Shown: positions 11,311 to 22,215 of the stretch, piece by piece | How positions within the stretch are numbered: position 1 is the stretch's first letter | Layout of the letters: each line of letters starts with the position of its first letter | From: the human T2T-CHM13v2.0 reference genome, Homo sapiens | Assembly: GCF_009914755.1 (NCBI RefSeq) | Contig: NC_060945.1 | Length of the DNA: 64,000 bases | Direction: 5' to 3' (one strand) | The notes under the pieces: generated by a model | Seen by the model: the letters and a program-made list of their open reading frames with translations, nothing else | Database searches by the model: none | What the model was told of the DNA's origin: nothing | Program-made: the position numbers and the translations under genes

Positions 11311-12040
11311 TCGCCTCTCCCTTCTCCTCCCTTCTCCCTTCTCCTCTCCCTTCCTCTCCCCTCTACTCCCCTCTCCTGGCTTCTCCTCTCCACTTCTCTC
11401 CTCTTTCCTCCTCTCTCCTCTCTTCTTCCCTTCTCTCTCTTCTCATCTCCTCCCTTCCCTTCTCGCCTCCCCTCCTCTCTCCTCTCCCCTCCTCCCCTCC
11501 CCTCTCCTCTCCCCTCCCCTCTCCTCTCCCCTCCCCTTTCCTCTACCCCTTCCCTCCTCCCCTCCTCTCCCCTCCTCTTTTCTCCTCTCCTCCCTTCCTC
11601 CCTCCCCTCCCCACTCCTACCTTCCTCTCCTCCTCCCTCCTTCCCTTTTTGCCTCCTTTCCCCTCGTCTCCCCTTCTCTCCCCTCCTCTCCCCTCCTTTC
11701 CCCTCCTCCTCCTTCTCTCCCCTTCTCTCCCTTCCTCCCCTCCTCTCCTCTTCCCTCCTCCCCTCTTCTTCCCTCCACTCCTCCCCTCCTCTCCCCATCC
11801 CCTCTCCCCCCTCTCCTCTTCCCTCCTCTCCCCTCCTCTCCCCTCCTCCCCTCTTCTTCCCTCCTCCCCTCCTCCCCTCCTCTCTACTCTCCCCTCTCCC
11901 CTCCTCCCCTCCTCTCTTCCCCTCTCCTCTCCCCTCCCCTCTGCCCTCCCCTCCTCTCTCCTCCTCCACTCCTCTCTCCTCTTCTTTCCTCCCCTCCTCT
12001 CCACCTCCTTCCCTCTGTCCTGTACTCTGCTCTCTCTTCT
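11311..12040. repeat. About 730-bp homopyrimidine (CT-rich) low-complexity tract
   Basis: Almost exclusively C/T on the plus strand (degenerate CCCTCCTCTC units). It produces the spurious P/S/L-rich and G/E/R-rich ORFs in the ORF track. Confidence 0.97.
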
Positions 12041-12125
12041 TCCATGTTGTCTTTTCTTATATGTACTTTAAATATTTTTGATTTTGTTAATACAAGTACT
12101 GTGTATGCAATTCATACCTTTTTAG

Positions 12126-12635
12126 CAGACAGCTCACATGGACCCAAGTTGGGGTTAACATGCAGATTGTGCAGGGGTTCCCTGCGGATGCACCCCTGTG
12201 TGCCCTGATGTGGACCTGCTCCTTCCTGCTTCCTGGGCTCCAGACAGAAACACCGTACCCCTGCACCAGCCTCTGCCTCAGCTCTTCACAGTCAGCACAC
12301 CCTCCGCTTCCTGTCAGGGTGTTCTCTGCTGAGTCTGGTTATGGGATCCCTTTCTGTGCAGAGCCATGCTCCCGTGTCACTGTGTGTCACCTTCAAGCTG
12401 TCCCCGTGTGTATGCCTGTGTGAGAATATGTGTGTGTGGGTTTGCCATCGAAGGAAAACCTTTATTTTGGCTGCTAACATTTGGAAACATTTAGAGAACA
12501 AACAATATCTTTTAAAAAACATCAAAGGTTCAAAAAAACAAGACAAGAAACAAACTGTTGTAAAATTTCAACTCCTCTAAATTTGTCTTAAATTGAACTT
12601 AGAACTAATCTAATAAAAATAGTATGAAGTTTCAA
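12126..12635 (+). ncRNA. DSCR10: Probable terminal exon of DSCR10 (Down syndrome critical region 10 transcript, annotated non-coding)
   Basis: Acceptor ...ccttttTAG|CAG at 12123-12128, AATAAA at 12612-12617 followed by a GT-rich element at about 12637-12652, and the recognised DSCR10 ORF inside. Upstream exons probably lie at about 10.1-10.5 kb (good acceptor tttccttccgcacAG at 10378-10379) but cannot be fixed from sequence. Confidence 0.75.
12160..12423 (+). CDS. DSCR10: Putative DSCR10 87-aa ORF (dubious protein)
   Basis: Translation MQIVQGFPADAPLCALMWTCSFLLPGLQTETPYPCTSLCLSSSQ... matches my recollection of the putative DSCR10 protein. It has a true ATG and TGA but no recognisable domain, and translation is unproven. 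Confidence 0.5.
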   Translation: MQIVQGFPADAPLCALMWTCSFLLPGLQTETPYPCTSLCLSSSQSAHPPLPVRVFSAESGYGIPFCAEPCSRVTVCHLQAVPVCMPV

Positions 12636-12739
12636 TGGTGTGTTGTTGTTGTCTAGTATTTTTTGGCATTGTTTTTTAAAAACCAGTCAAAATTTATTCA
12701 GCTAAATATTACATTATTTGTACAGATTTATAATAATAG

Positions 12740-13485
12740 CTTACAGAAGTGAACTTTATTGTTTTCCATGTTTCTATTCATGTCCAATTTTGATGACAGT
12801 TTAAATCATAGTGGACCTGTTATTTAAATCAAAATATAATACTTATGCATATAATTTTAGAGGGTCCAATGATTTTGAAATAATGTATTCATAAGAGCTA
12901 TTTTAAATAAATGTATATTTAAAAATACAATTTTAGAAATTGTAGTACTATAAAACTTCAGAAAGAGAAATTGCACATCAATTAAATAACAGTAGCTTAA
13001 CTAGAAGATAAATGAAAATTACTTTTAAGGACGAAAACAAACAAATCATAAACTCTGAGTGAAACCTGCAGGTACCCCTGGATCCCTGAGCCTCACAGCA
13101 CCTGCCTCTTCCTTGCTGGGAACCTGATGACCCAGGGGGCCCCTAGTACTTCCACTCCTCTGTGAGCTGCGCCTGGAGCAGCAGGAGCAAAGGGGCTGCT
13201 TGGGAAAGGCTGGAACTTGAACTCCACATCAGCCATGATTTGCCTGTTGCCATCATTTTGTTGTTTTAGCTCATGGAGCTTTATCTCAGTCAGCAGAACT
13301 GCTGCCCAGCTTTCTTGAGCTCTTCCTCATAGAAGAGAATCTCCTTTTGGTAAAAGGAAGTGATTCTTTCCAATTCATTGTTCATGTCTTCTGCCATCTT
13401 CTTGTAGAAGTTGAAAATCTGCTGTGTGTAGTTCGTATTTCTGCACATGATGGGAAATTTCTTCTAGATTTCTAAGCATAGAGGA
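12740..13485 (-). pseudogene. cTAGE/MIA2-family retro-pseudogene, copy 2 (3' part only)
   Basis: Direct paralogue of 8150-8910. Hand translation gives YKKMAEDMNNELERITSFYQKEILFYEE/AQESWAAVLLTEIKLHELKQQNDGNRQIMADVEFKFQPF. A minus-strand AATAAA is conserved at 12755-12760. Homology stops at about 13485 against an old L1 fragment. Confidence 0.88.
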
Positions 13486-13489
13486 ACAT

Positions 13490-13975
13490 AGTAATTTAAC
13501 AGGGAGATACAGAGTGAACACCCTTTTAATCAAATGATAAAATGATAAAAGTTAACATAAAAATATTAGGACAAGCTGACATCATGTACCTCTTGATATG
13601 ATGCACTGAAAAGAACACAACATTATTTCTATGATTTTCTGCCAATAATGCATAACCTGAATCTAACCATGAAGAAATAGCTGAGAACCCCAAGTTGAAG
13701 GGCATACCACAAGGTAACAGCCCATATTCTTCAAAACTATAAAGGTCAATAAAACGTAGAAAAGGCTGAATAATTATTTTGGAATTAAGGAGACCCAGGG
13801 GATGGGAGAGCCAAATGCAATACATGATGCTGGATTCTACCCTGGACCAGAAGAAAACTAGTTACAGATGAAATTATTTGGAAGACTCACAAAATTTAAA
13901 TATGGACAATGGATTAGGTAAGGATTGTGTCACTGTTAAATTCCAGTTTTGATCGTTGCATTCTGGTCAGGAAAT
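13490..13975 (+). mobile_element. Old L1M 3'-end fragment (L1MC/L1ME type)
   Basis: Motifs GACATCATGTACCTCTTGATATGATGCACTGAAAAGAACAC, GCATAACCTGAATCTAACCATGAAGAAA and AAATGCAATACATGATGCTGGATT are typical of L1MC4/5-like 3' UTRs. Confidence 0.7.
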
Positions 13976-14384
13976 GTCAAAATTTAGTGTCAGTGGGTTT
14001 AATAACTTCAACTTATTTCAAAACAAAGAGTTGCTAAAATTCTTCAACCATGATCCCTTCCTGACATTGTGGTCAAGCTATGTATGGCTCATGGTAGGTC
14101 TCTTCTCATTTTCTGGTGGGGTAGTTAATGTGAAAACACAGCAGGTAAAACCATCATAAAACATCTTCAAGTTCTAACTTCCTTGAGTCTACCTATGTCT
14201 GAGAGTGTCCTCCAGGACATTTCAGGGAATATGGAGAACGTATTACTTGTGGATGTCCTTCTCCAATCAAGTCCTTCAATCCTTCTGTTCCTCCTGCAGT
14301 CTTCTTTCTGGCCAGTATGATGCCTGAACACACTCTGAGTCTAAAGAGCTTCTGGCACCTATGTTCTCTGCTGGCTTCCGTGAA

Positions 14385-14813
14385 AAGCTCTCTCTTTAAA
14401 TAGCCATAAACCTGGTAGCTTAAGACAACTGAAATTTATTATTTTATAGTCCTCTAGACCTAAAGTCCCAAATCAAGGTGCCGGCCGGGCCATACTCCCT
14501 CTGAAGTCTCTAGGAAAAGGTTTTTCTTTGCTCCTTCCAGCTTCTGGTTGCTGTGAGCAATCCTGTCATTCCTTGGCTTGTGGCTGCACCCCTCCATTCT
14601 CTGTCTCCATCTTCCCATGGCCTTCTCTGTGTGCTTCTCTGTGTTCTCTAATCTATGGATACCAATCATGAATTTAGGGCCAATCGCAATACAGTACCCT
14701 CTCATCTTCATCCTTAACTAATTGCATCTGCAAAGACCTATTTCCAAATAAGGTCATATTCTGAGATTCCAGATGAACATGAACTTTTGGGGGCCATTAT
14801 CCAACCCACTACA
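14385..14813 (-). mobile_element. MLT1 (ERVL-MaLR) solo LTR
   Basis: AAATCAAGGTGCCGGCCGGGCCATACTCCCTCTGAAG...CATCTGCAAAGACCTATTTCCAAATAAGGTCATATTCTGAG...CCAACCCACTACA. Confidence 0.85.
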
Positions 14814-15849
14814 CCAGTCTTCACTGCCTCAATCAATTTCCATGGAGTTTCTCTGGATTATTTGAAAACCCCTAGCTTGGTTTTATTTCTCCTGGATTCC
14901 AAATTTTCCCTTTGAATAGGGCTCCTTCTCTCCACCCACAACTTAGAATTCTCTTCTCTCTGTCTCCTGTTCAACTTCCTTTTTCTTTATTCTGTATCTC
15001 ACAGAGACAGGCGGTATCCTTCCATACCCTTCCTTGGCTCCCAGGACCCACACCTGTTAAACATATGATGTGTCTCATATGTGGATTCTACCCAAGATCC
15101 TACAGAGGAAAGATTTGCTGGGACTGAGGTACGGTCCTAAAGAGTAAGTCAAGATCCTGCTCACAGACTCTCCAATTCTCATGGAGGACTGTGGCTTGTC
15201 AAGTAACTCAGAACCAGTGAATTTTTCTGTTCAACCCTATTCTAGTTATTTTGGCTCTAAGATAAAGAAAAATTAATTACTTGCATATTTGATCAACTGA
15301 AAAAATCCAGGCTGTATGTTTTGAGTCCTGATCAATTAGGACCACTTGCCTAAAGGAAACAATTTAATGATTTCCTTCACTTTAAAGTTGTGAAGAAATT
15401 CTGGCTGCCTTTCTCATTGCATCTTTATGAAGGCCAGACTTTATGAAAAAATAGTGATGATAGCAATAAGTCTGGAACTTGGTAATCGACAAAGCTCTGC
15501 TTTCGTGCTAAGTCTCAGGAGAGCTTTTCAGTACTCTATGAAGTATGGATTGGGCAGATCATCCTGCCAGCATTACAGACAGACGAGGAGACAATCATAC
15601 TGCTTTTGTTCTTGGACTGGCTCATAGTTTGGGCACAGGCATGATTAATTTGTTCATACCATTGTAAGACTCTTATCTCTAAAAGCACAAAGAGAACACA
15701 TCAGAAGTAGATCTTTACATGGAACAAAACCAACTAACCATTTTGCCCAAGGAGCGACTTTCTCATCTGTTTTTTTCTCATCTGTTTTTTTCTCAGTTTC
15801 CTTCTATTTCTATTTAAAAGGCAAGTTAAAAAAAAAAACAATAAGATAG

Positions 15850-15977
15850 CATAGTAGTGGAAAATAGCTCAGCCCTTACAGCAAGACATCCTAGGCTGAA
15901 TTCCATTTCTGCCACCTACTAACCTGATGAACTTGGGTAATTTCCTTAACCTCTCTGAGCCTCTGTTTATTCACCTG
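15850..15977. mobile_element. MIR SINE fragment, split by the THE1 LTR (continues to about 16450)
   Basis: MIR core CTGCCACCTACTAACCTGATGAACTTGGGTAATTTCCTTAACCTCTCTGAGCCTCTGTTT. Confidence 0.7.
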
Positions 15978-16350
15978 TGATATTGTTTGGCTCTGTGTCC
16001 CCACCCAAATCTCATCTTAAATTATAATCCCCACATGTCCAGGGAGGGACCTGGTGGGACATGATTGGATCATGGAGGCAGATTTCCCCTTTGCTGTTCT
16101 CATGATAGTGAGTGTGTTCTCATGAGATCTGATAGTTTTAAAAGTGCGGCACTTCCTTGCTCTCTCATTCTCTCTCTCTCCTGCTGCATTGTGAGATGTG
16201 CCTTGCTTCCCCTTTGCTTTCTGCCATGATTGTAATTTTCCTGAGGCCTCCCCAGCCATGTGGAACTGTGAGTCAATTAAACTTCTTTTCTTTATAAATT
16301 ACCCAGTCTCAGGTAGTATTTTCATATCAGTATAAGAATGCACTAATACA
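15978..16350 (+). mobile_element. THE1D/MSTA-type MaLR solo LTR
   Basis: Starts TGATATTGTTTGGCTCTGTGTCCCCACCCAAATCTCATCTT and ends CACTAATACA. Perfect 5-bp TSD ACCTG at 15973-15977 and 16351-16355. Confidence 0.93.
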
Positions 16351-19254
16351 ACCTGTAGTGTGAACCTCAAAGTCAAGTTGAGAGGATTGAAGAAATGATG
16401 TAGATTATGTACCCTGTGTGACGCCTCTCATGTTATTCAGTGGTAGTTGGCTCCCTCTCCACACCTTCTTGGGAGATTCTAATTTTGTCGAAGGATCAGT
16501 CCTAGATCGCAGTGGCAGTGCTGACATTGCTGTAAACTTCAGGCCAATGTGGCAGCATACCATCTAGCCATATTGCAATGGAGAGGTCATGCAGGGGTAC
16601 TGTATGAATCAGTGCCCAGAGATAAAGGGGTGGTCTGTCCTCTGCTGCAAAGTAGGACAATGCTTGGTCTCCAGCTCTTCACCTCCTGGAAACTCACCCC
16701 CGTTTTGTGCTTGAATTCATGCTCTCTGAACAAGAGAAACTCATGTCATCTCTCTCATCCTGTAAAGCACTGCTGAGAACAATCATGCTAAAATAATTTA
16801 GAGAGAGAAAATGTTAAGCAAAGACTGTCAAAACAATACTCAAGAATACCAATAAGGAAGGCTGTTTTCAGTTAGCAAAATCTCCAACTAGGGGAGATTA
16901 AACAGCTCTTACAAAAGTGCGCGTTATACAACTATTTCATCACACGTTGAGAGCCAGCATCTCAGGATCCAGCCGTGAACCAACATCTGAAATACCTTTT
17001 CCCGTAATCCCCTTCATCCAAGAATAAACACTTTTAATGAAAGTCCCAAGAGGAAGTAAAAAAGAATTTGTTTTTCCAGTTTCTTTTAACAATCTTTCCT
17101 AAAATAGGGGGCTATTCTTGTTTGCACCTTCCTTATAACAGTTCAGTCAAATGTGGCCACTGCTACAGCTTCTAGCAAGTTCCCTGGGTGCAGAGAATTG
17201 GGAACTGGCACCTGCAAGACAAGCAGGCACCAGGATTTTGGGGGATTTTAATTTACTAACTACTCTTTATCCTTTTGGTGAGCTTGCATTTCAAACCTTG
17301 CCAAGAGACACATCTCCTTGAATTCTGCTGTCCTGTCTCAATGTGAAAGGCTTAAGAAGGATCATTTTGTTATTTCAAAACACTAGAGCAAATACTTCCA
17401 AGACTGTCTTGAAAAGTTCTTTGGAATTAACATCAAGCACTTACTATATAATGAAAGAGTCATGCATATACGATTGTTCTTTTAGCTGAGGAGTGTTTGG
17501 TAGTAATAATGGGAACAGAATTTGAGAGCCAGATTCTAAGCAGGAACGTAATAACAGACTTGAAGATAAAAAAAATATGGCTTTCCCTTAGCAGGAGGAG
17601 TTGTTGAAACCTGAAAAGCTCTGTTTATGGTTTTACCAGGAGCTTCTAACATCATGTAGAAAATGGATGTACAAATGTAATTAAACACAGTAACATGAAA
17701 CTGCGTGGAAAATTTGGCAGGGAATCATATTTTTTTCCTGATTATATAAGTAATACACATGTTCTTTGTGGAAAATATGGACATAAAAATATGGCATGTA
17801 GAAGAAAATTAAAATTATACAATTATACCACAAAATCATTTTCTGATGTATATATATTATTTTTCTAAAAAATTGTATTTATGCCCTATTCATATTTGTC
17901 CTGTTGCTTTTTGCTTTATGCTTAATTTAATCATATCTTTATATTGTAGTATGTGAACGGCTATCTCCCTAGGACACGTATTGCAAACATTGTTTTTCTT
18001 TAAGATCTAGAGTTTTATCTGAAACATTTATTTGAATCTTGCAATCCACTCCAAAACATACCCACATTTGTTTTACTATCAAATATGTAGCATATAAATA
18101 TAAAATGTAAACTGCATTGTAGATAAGTAAATATTATGTACATATAGACATAAAATATAAACTACAAAATTATAATATATAAAGCATATCAAAATAATAT
18201 TAATGAAATGTATGAAGCTGTACATAAATGAAAGATGCTATGTCCTCTTTAAAATTTTAATTTCATACCATTTAAACATATCTGCTTACCACATGCGTAA
18301 GAATTTCTTTGCCCAACTTGAAATAGCAACCTTAAAATATTCTATGTCACTGGAAAAAACTTGATGGCAATTTTTTATATACAACCCCACATGCACACAC
18401 ACCCACACGCAGAAGAACAACATCCATTTAGGGACTCCTTGGACAAAATTTCAAGTCTTGAAGAAGTAGGTTTACTCAAGCAAAACTAACCTCCTTTCCA
18501 AGTCTGGAATAGGTATGAGATGTCCTTTCACTAGATATAAATTTATCAATGTACAGAAAAACAAAATCGATGGGTCTCAATTTTTCACTGTAAAATTTCC
18601 TTCCTTAAATTTCATACAGTTTGGGCACCTGTTGTTCCTTGTTGGCCTGTAAGAAAATGAGTCACCATGTGCAAAAGATGAGCCATAGATCTGTTCAGAA
18701 ATAGTCACTCATGTTTGACATGACAGCTTGTTTTCCATATATTCTCTTGGTTGTTATTTTACATTGCATACATATAATAATAAAGTCATATTTTCTCCCA
18801 GCATGGCTTTCTAAGTGGAGTTAAATATATCAATATTTTATATCATACTTCACAGAGTGTCATGGCTTCCCATTTTGCCACCTGATCCAGACTGACAGTC
18901 ACCGCTGTAGGGGACCATACCATATACTTAGGCATGATAAAGGCCCATAGGTTGAAAGACAGAGAAGCATCCCTGACCCAGTAACTTACCATTTACTGGA
19001 GGAACGAGCCCAGCCTAGGCTGAAGAGCTAGTTGAGGAGGTGTCTCCACCACCCAACTCAACGAAGTCTAACATTTCACAGCTAGATCATCATTCCTTTG
19101 GCTTTAACCTGCAGAAATTGTATTGCTTCCCAAAATGCATATATAAGAGAGGTAAAGCCATACAATTTAATCAGTCATCTGCAATCGTGTTTCTCCAAAA
19201 GGGGTGGCCAGGCTGTCTGCATCAGTATCCTGGGGTAGGGAGGAGGAGGGTGGA

Positions 19255-19385
19255 TGATTGATTGGAGATTTCTGAGTCCCATCATGAGAGATTCTTATTC
19301 TGTAGATCTGTGGAGGCCTCTGGGAGTCTTCATTTTAGCAAACATTCCAGGAAATTCCTGTGAACATTAGAATTTGAGAACCAAT
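19255..19385. mobile_element. MER5-like hAT-Charlie fragment
   Basis: GATTCTTATTCTGTAGATCTGTGGAGG...TTTTAGCAAACATTCCAGG...TTTGAGAACCA resembles MER5A/B. Confidence 0.5.
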
Positions 19386-19835
19386 CATTTATACTCTGAA
19401 GTGAATGTACTTACGAATCCTTCCTTGAGAACAGAGGAGTTGCTTACTAATCTCTGGGGCGAATTCAGTGACCATCACTAACAGACAGAAAGAGGAATCT
19501 GGACAAAGCACAGGACAAACCTCACTTTTTCTGGAGTGGTCATCTATTAAGTGCTTTCTTGGAGAGGGTATAGTAATTGTATATTTCATATAAATACACT
19601 GTAGAAAGAGAAAAACAAATATTTAGATATTTGTGTCCCCTTCTGATTATCTACGAAGGGATTTACATGGCACAAATTAAATCTATCCACTCACCCTGAA
19701 GTTCTGTCCTTCCTTCAAGCAGGAGCCCCAGCAGAGTGGCCCAGGGCCAGCTGTTTTTAAGCAGCCTCTGAGAGCAACACAGCAGGTCCCACCCAGGAGA
19801 CCACAGAGCTATGGTGGGGGAAGCCACTTGCCTCC

Positions 19836-20270
19836 TGTATGAGTTCCCTGGGGTTGCTGTGACAAAGGACACTGAGAGAGTGTCTCAGATAATGGACATT
19901 CATTGTCACACAGTTCTGAGGCTGGAAGTCCAAGATCAAGGTGCTAGCAGGGTTGGTTCCTTCTGACAGCAATGAAGAAGAATCTGTTCCTGGCCTCTTT
20001 TCTGGCTTCTGGTAGCCTTGGGCATTCCTTGGCTTGAAGGTGGTCATCTTCTTCCTATGTCTTGAAATCATCTTCCCTTCATGTGTCTGGCTCTGTGTCC
20101 AAATTTCCTCTTTTTGTAAGGATAGTGGTAATATTGGATTAGATCCCACCCTAATGGTCTTATCTTAAATTGATCATTTGCAAAGACTATTTCCAAACAA
20201 GATCTTATTCACAGGTACTGGAGATTAGGGCTTCAACATCTTTTGGGGGTCACGATTCAGCCCATCATGC
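19836..20270 (-). mobile_element. MLT1 (ERVL-MaLR) solo LTR
   Basis: CACAGTTCTGAGGCTGGAAGTCCAAGATCAAGGTGCTAGCAGGGTTGGTTCCTTCTG...TGCAAAGACTATTTCCAAACAAGATC...GATTCAGCCCATCA. Confidence 0.88.
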
Positions 20271-21919
20271 CCCCTCTTCTCAGGTCTGTCTGAGGCTTGC
20301 TGCTCTGTCCCTTAGTGGCTGGGGACAGCATGCTTGCCTATGGCCATGCCTGTAGCTCCACTTTGCTCTGAGAGGCTGAGCAATGCCTCTCATCAGTCTT
20401 CCCACAGCCCCTTGAGTGGCCCAGCACCTACTCAGTGACCCATAGGGATCCGGTAGAAGGAGCAAATCACAGCAAGGCCATAAAGAATTTAAAGCTTAAC
20501 CCAGATGCTGAGCTGGGATGCAAAGCAACAAGCTAGAAAATTGACAGGCAGGCCCCAAATGGTCTTGCAGAGTCTAATGTCATCAGGTTTCTCTGTGATG
20601 TGGCTTTTATTAAACACTTCTTAATAATTTGTGTTATTACTTCTGAGCTTAGAAATGAATTATACTCATTCTCTGGAAATATTTTTAGACTTTGCCTCTA
20701 GGTCATGACCAATAAAAGGTTTAAATTCAAATACTGAATGATCCAAGGGCTCACTTCCTATAGAAATATCTTCATCTATGAGAATGATAATAGTGATAAC
20801 AGCAAATATCCATGGGGTGCCATAATTTATAAAAATTATGTGTTTTTACAAGAATTATTTACTTGTCACCTCAGAGGAAACTCAAAAGGAATATGACTAT
20901 TAGCCCTCAGCGGAAGCTGAAATGTATCACCTATCGTAAGGTATCTAGTCTATTTCCCATGATGTTTACTTTTTGTGTCCGAGAATGTTGCATACTCTCA
21001 TTCAAAGTCTTTCCCAGAAAGGACCAGTTGATAAAGCCACTGGCTCTTTCCAGCATCACGCCTGTACTGATGCCACAGTGGACAGCCTTTGATGCCACAG
21101 GACCACAGCTCAATCTCCTGATTGTGAGGAGAAGAGTGGGGGTGTTCTCACTGCCCCAGGGCATTACTAAAACAGGTTTGATCAGCAAGACATTAAACAA
21201 CAGAGATTAGGCTTAGGAATCTAATATGCCACTATGTGCTTACTGTTGTCCAAATATTAGGAAACACAATCCCAGATCAGTGGGTTAGATTTGTGTTCAA
21301 GGGGACAAGTTGGAATGTGATGCCCTCACTTCAGGTGAGCTCTCTTTACTTGAAACACTCTTAGGTTTACTGGAAGGACTCATTCTCGGGAAGTCACGCT
21401 CTTTTTTACTTAACGTCTTTCATCATGTTAAACATTTATTTTATATTCTCTTTCAGATTGGCTTCTTATTAACCCAGATTACTGAGGTTCTAATTCTATT
21501 TATTTTGTTCCCGCTGACCCTTAAGTGGAGTATATTGTGTCCTGGTATATTTTTATATACCAGGTTTTATATTTGCTTCTGCTAAGATTCCAAAGAGGCA
21601 TGTTTGTCTGGGAAAATCTGCAAGCTAATTTCTTAGCTAGGGAATTCCTGAACAAAGAAGGAAGTGAAAATCTGAGCCCCAACTTTGTGTTTGGAAAAGG
21701 GCTGCACTAATGGATTAGGAGATTCCTACCTTCACACCTAAACCAGGCAGAAAGGGATAGACTTCCCTGTTGCAATCCTGTGCTAATATGCAGGTAATTT
21801 TCTGGTCTTACCTTCAGAGTTCTGTCCTAATGGAGGAAATATCACTTCCCACTCTTGCTTTGTATGGTTCCGAGACCTCAACTTCTGTCCATGTATGGAC
21901 ATTGAAAATTTAGGTTTCT

Positions 21920-22215
21920 GGCTGGCATGTTGGCTCCATGCTTCGGGAGGTAATCCCACTACTTTGAGAGGACAAGGAAGGAGGATTGCTTGAGGCCAGG
22001 AGTTTGAGACCAGCTGGGCAACAAAGAAAGACCCCATTGCTACAAAAAATTTAAAGAAATTAGCTGAGCACAGTGGCATATGCCTGTAGTCTCAGCTACT
22101 CTGGAGGCCGAGGCAGGAGTATTTATTGAGCTCAGGAGTTTGAGGCTGCAATGAGCTATGATTCAGCCTGGGAAACAGGGAGAGACCCTGTCTCTATAAA
22201 AAAAGAAATAAAAAT
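21920..22215 (+). mobile_element. AluJ SINE
   Basis: Dimeric Alu with the AluJ diagnostic GGAGGATTGCTTGAGGCCAGGAGTTTGAGACCAG, a small right-arm deletion and an A-rich tail. Confidence 0.92.

Noticed and set aside
11142-12081. Long ORFs of 275, 294, 153 and 140 aa
   Set aside because: Artefacts of the stop-free CT/GA tract, with low-complexity translations only.
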